Assembly (NCBI GenBank): GCA_965205505.1
Contig: CBDBHB010000008.1
Span: forward strand, 384,001-448,000
Source of the DNA: Acidobacteriota bacterium
Lineage (GTDB): Bacteria > Acidobacteriota > UBA890 > WLXD01
Reading direction: 5' to 3'
Length of the DNA stretch: 64,000 nt
The notes beneath the pieces are model-generated. The model did not search any database. It was not told the origin of the DNA and saw only the letters and a program-made list of their open reading frames with translations. Below, in pieces: positions 62,017-64,000 of the stretch. Position 1 is the first letter of the stretch; every line of letters begins with the position of its first letter. The position numbers were made by a program, and so were the translations under genes.

Positions 62017-62990
62017 TTCGGTGACGAGTGGTACTACGGCATGGAAACGGCCGACGGATACACGATCCTCCGCAACCCCGACAGCGGCTGGTGGTCGTAT
62101 GCCGAGGCCACGCCGAGCGGGGCGCTGGTGGACTCGAGCCAGCGCGTCAGAATGCTCCCTCCGGTCGGTATTCCGCTGCACCTGCGCGACACCCGAAGTG
62201 TGGCACGGGCCGAGCAGATGCGTGCGCAGCGGAACCGGCATGCGCGCTCCGCTACGGGGTTTGCCTTGCCGGATTGGTACGAATCGACGGGCACCCTGCA
62301 CTGTGCTCGTCATTCTGGTCCAGTTCGCAGACCTGAAGCTCGTCGGCTCCAACGCGGCCGACTGGAATAAGCGCATCTTCAAGGGCAAGAGCAGCCTCGC
62401 GGGTTATTAGAAAGAGGTCTCGTACAGGACACTGAAGCTTCAGCCGGCCAAGGAGACCCACGGCAAGAGCAATGACGGCGTGGTCACGGTGAGCTTGAAC
62501 GATAACCACCTGGGCACGAGCGGCAGCCATGACTTTTTTCGTGACATCGCAGCCTTTTCGCATGACATCGCAGCGAAGGCGATTCGGGCCGTCGATCCTT
62601 TCGTCGATTTCACCGCGCCCGAGAAGAGATTCGGCGGTTCGCTACAGGCCGACGAGTTGTCGATCATCATTGTGCTGGCTGGCTATGAGAACTCGTACGG
62701 CGGCAGCGCCTCGAAGCTGGCCCTCGGTGTGGGGTCATGCCTGGAGCCTTCCAGACGAGGCGGCACCGACGCTCGACGGCACCATTGTTGGCACTGGCTC
62801 CCAATGGCACGGATACCAGATGTTCGGTGAACACCACGCGATCGTGCTCCAGGCCCAGCGACCACACCGCCACGATCGGCCTCGTGGCCCACGAGATGGG
62901 TCACGCCTTCGGGTTTCTACCTGACTTGTACGACACCGACGGTACCTCGGACGGGATCGGACGATGGGGCGTGATGGGCTTCGGCGCCGC
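62017..62990 (+). pseudogene. M6 family (immune inhibitor A-like) metalloprotease fragment with several frameshifts and a stop
   Basis: GDEWYYGMETADGYTI, VLVILVQFAD, EVSY, AVDPFVDF, VWGHAWS, AHEMGHAFGFLPDLYD, GRWGVMG. Confidence 0.75.
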
Positions 62991-62991
62991 C

Positions 62992-63137
62992 GCGCGCCTC
63001 GATCTGCGCCGCGTCGGGCGCGAGTGGCACGGCCCCTGTCCGCGGCGCGGCGGCGCCGACCGTTCTGGGTTCGACCCGCGGACGAGATCATCTCCGAGCG
63101 CACGCGCGACAAGATGGCGGTGGTGCGCCACAAGGGC
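62992..63137 (+). pseudogene. Abutting micro-fragments: primase zinc ribbon, then serine recombinase helix
   Basis: LRRVGREWHGPCPRRGGADR(F)WV (62992-63077) and EIISERTRDKMAVVRHKG (63084-63137). Confidence 0.5.
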
Positions 63138-63564
63138 ACCGGGTCACGTCAGTCTCATCGACGGCCCTCGTGCGTGTAGTTCAGATGGCTGTCGAAAATG
63201 TCAAAAACACTGCCGCCGCCAACGGTGCGCGAAGTTGGACGATCTGGCCGGCGAACTCGTGGACCAAAAGCGCGTGCTCAAGGGCATCCTCATCGAGGGC
63301 TACAACTGGCTCCTGAAACAGATCGAGGACAAGGGGCAGTGCAAGGAGATGCGGAAGTTCGAGGTCGACGCGCAGGGGCACCCTGTGGGCGACGTCACGG
63401 TGCGCCGGACGTTATAGAGACTGCCAGACGTGCGCCCGCGCGACGTCGTGGCCGCCGGCGCGAACTCGGCACGCTCTTGGCGACCCCGACAAGAGCGTGG
63501 AACTCCGCATGCAATCGTACGTGAACGTGGGGTTCACTAACCTGAACTCAGTATATGTCGACGC

Positions 63565-63999
63565 CTACTTTTGGAAGTGCCCGCATCCAAAGAGGCCCGG
63601 AATCTCAAACGGCAGAGGGCCAAAGTCTTCAGCATACCGGTGACCGAGGTCCATCATGGTGATTCCCTCGATGGTTCGGAAGCCCTCTTCAGCCATCAAC
63701 GCACTCATCTGAGCCAGACTGAAGTCGCTTCGCACCGGCTCTCCTCGCTTGGCAACGTACGCTTCTATCTGTGCCCGTTTTTCCCGGTGCTCGGGCCACG
63801 CGGAGCCGGCGTCGAGCATGTAATCGACAACCAGCTGCGAACCGGCGGCCACGCCGCCCACAATAGAGCGGACTGTCGAGGCAAGGACATCCCGCGGCAA
63901 ATAGTAGATAACCCCCAGGAGGGACAGGAACGCTCTTCTTGCTGGTTCGAACCCCGATTCGGACAAAGCGTTCATCACCGGAATTCGCTCAAGATCCGC
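63565..63999 (-). CDS. Class I SAM-dependent methyltransferase (LCM/YktD-like), 3' part
   Basis: ADLE...GFEPARRAFLSLLGVIYYL...GSQLVVDY...GEPVRS; runs off the right edge. Confidence 0.75.
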   Translation of the reverse strand, partial: ADLERIPVMNALSESGFEPARRAFLSLLGVIYYLPRDVLASTVRSIVGGVAAGSQLVVDYMLDAGSAWPEHREKRAQIEAYVAKRGEPVRSDFSLAQMSALMAEEGFRTIEGITMMDLGHRYAEDFGPLPFEIPGLFGCGHFQK

Positions 64000-64000
64000 A

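Overview
GC-rich bacterial chromosome window, most likely Acidobacteriota. The evidence is an ADOP-type duplicated permease, an acidobacterial VWA protein, and remnants of Ser/Thr kinases ending in LNWFDELKRLVP. Bases ~0.85-27.9 kb are a mostly intact housekeeping block: copD-like, NhaC, peptidases, ligA, beta-CASP nuclease, dodecin, pncB, citrate synthase, DegP and a VPS10/BNR hydrolase. An IS110/IS1111-type element interrupts this block, and its non-coding end contains a readable bridge/seekRNA guide loop matching its own insertion site. Bases ~27.9-64 kb are an accessory, eroding region. It holds a sigma factor / zinc-finger anti-sigma / probably exported TPR-CHAT caspase-like protease triad (best candidate for an under-described system), placed back-to-back with a second ECF / YciI-anti-sigma module. 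It also holds a GAF-GGDEF-HD-GYP protein fused in frame to an excisionase-type HTH, a MacAB-like exporter with a CpxR-like box, an ADOP permease plus LysR, a CTAG-targeting MITE family (3 copies in the window) and an internally deleted IS6. It ends with two tRNA 3' fragments (Sec, fMet) beside an integrase remnant and a dense mosaic of short gene fragments. All calls come from motif recognition by eye; no database searches were run. Single-base frameshifts may be real or assembly errors.
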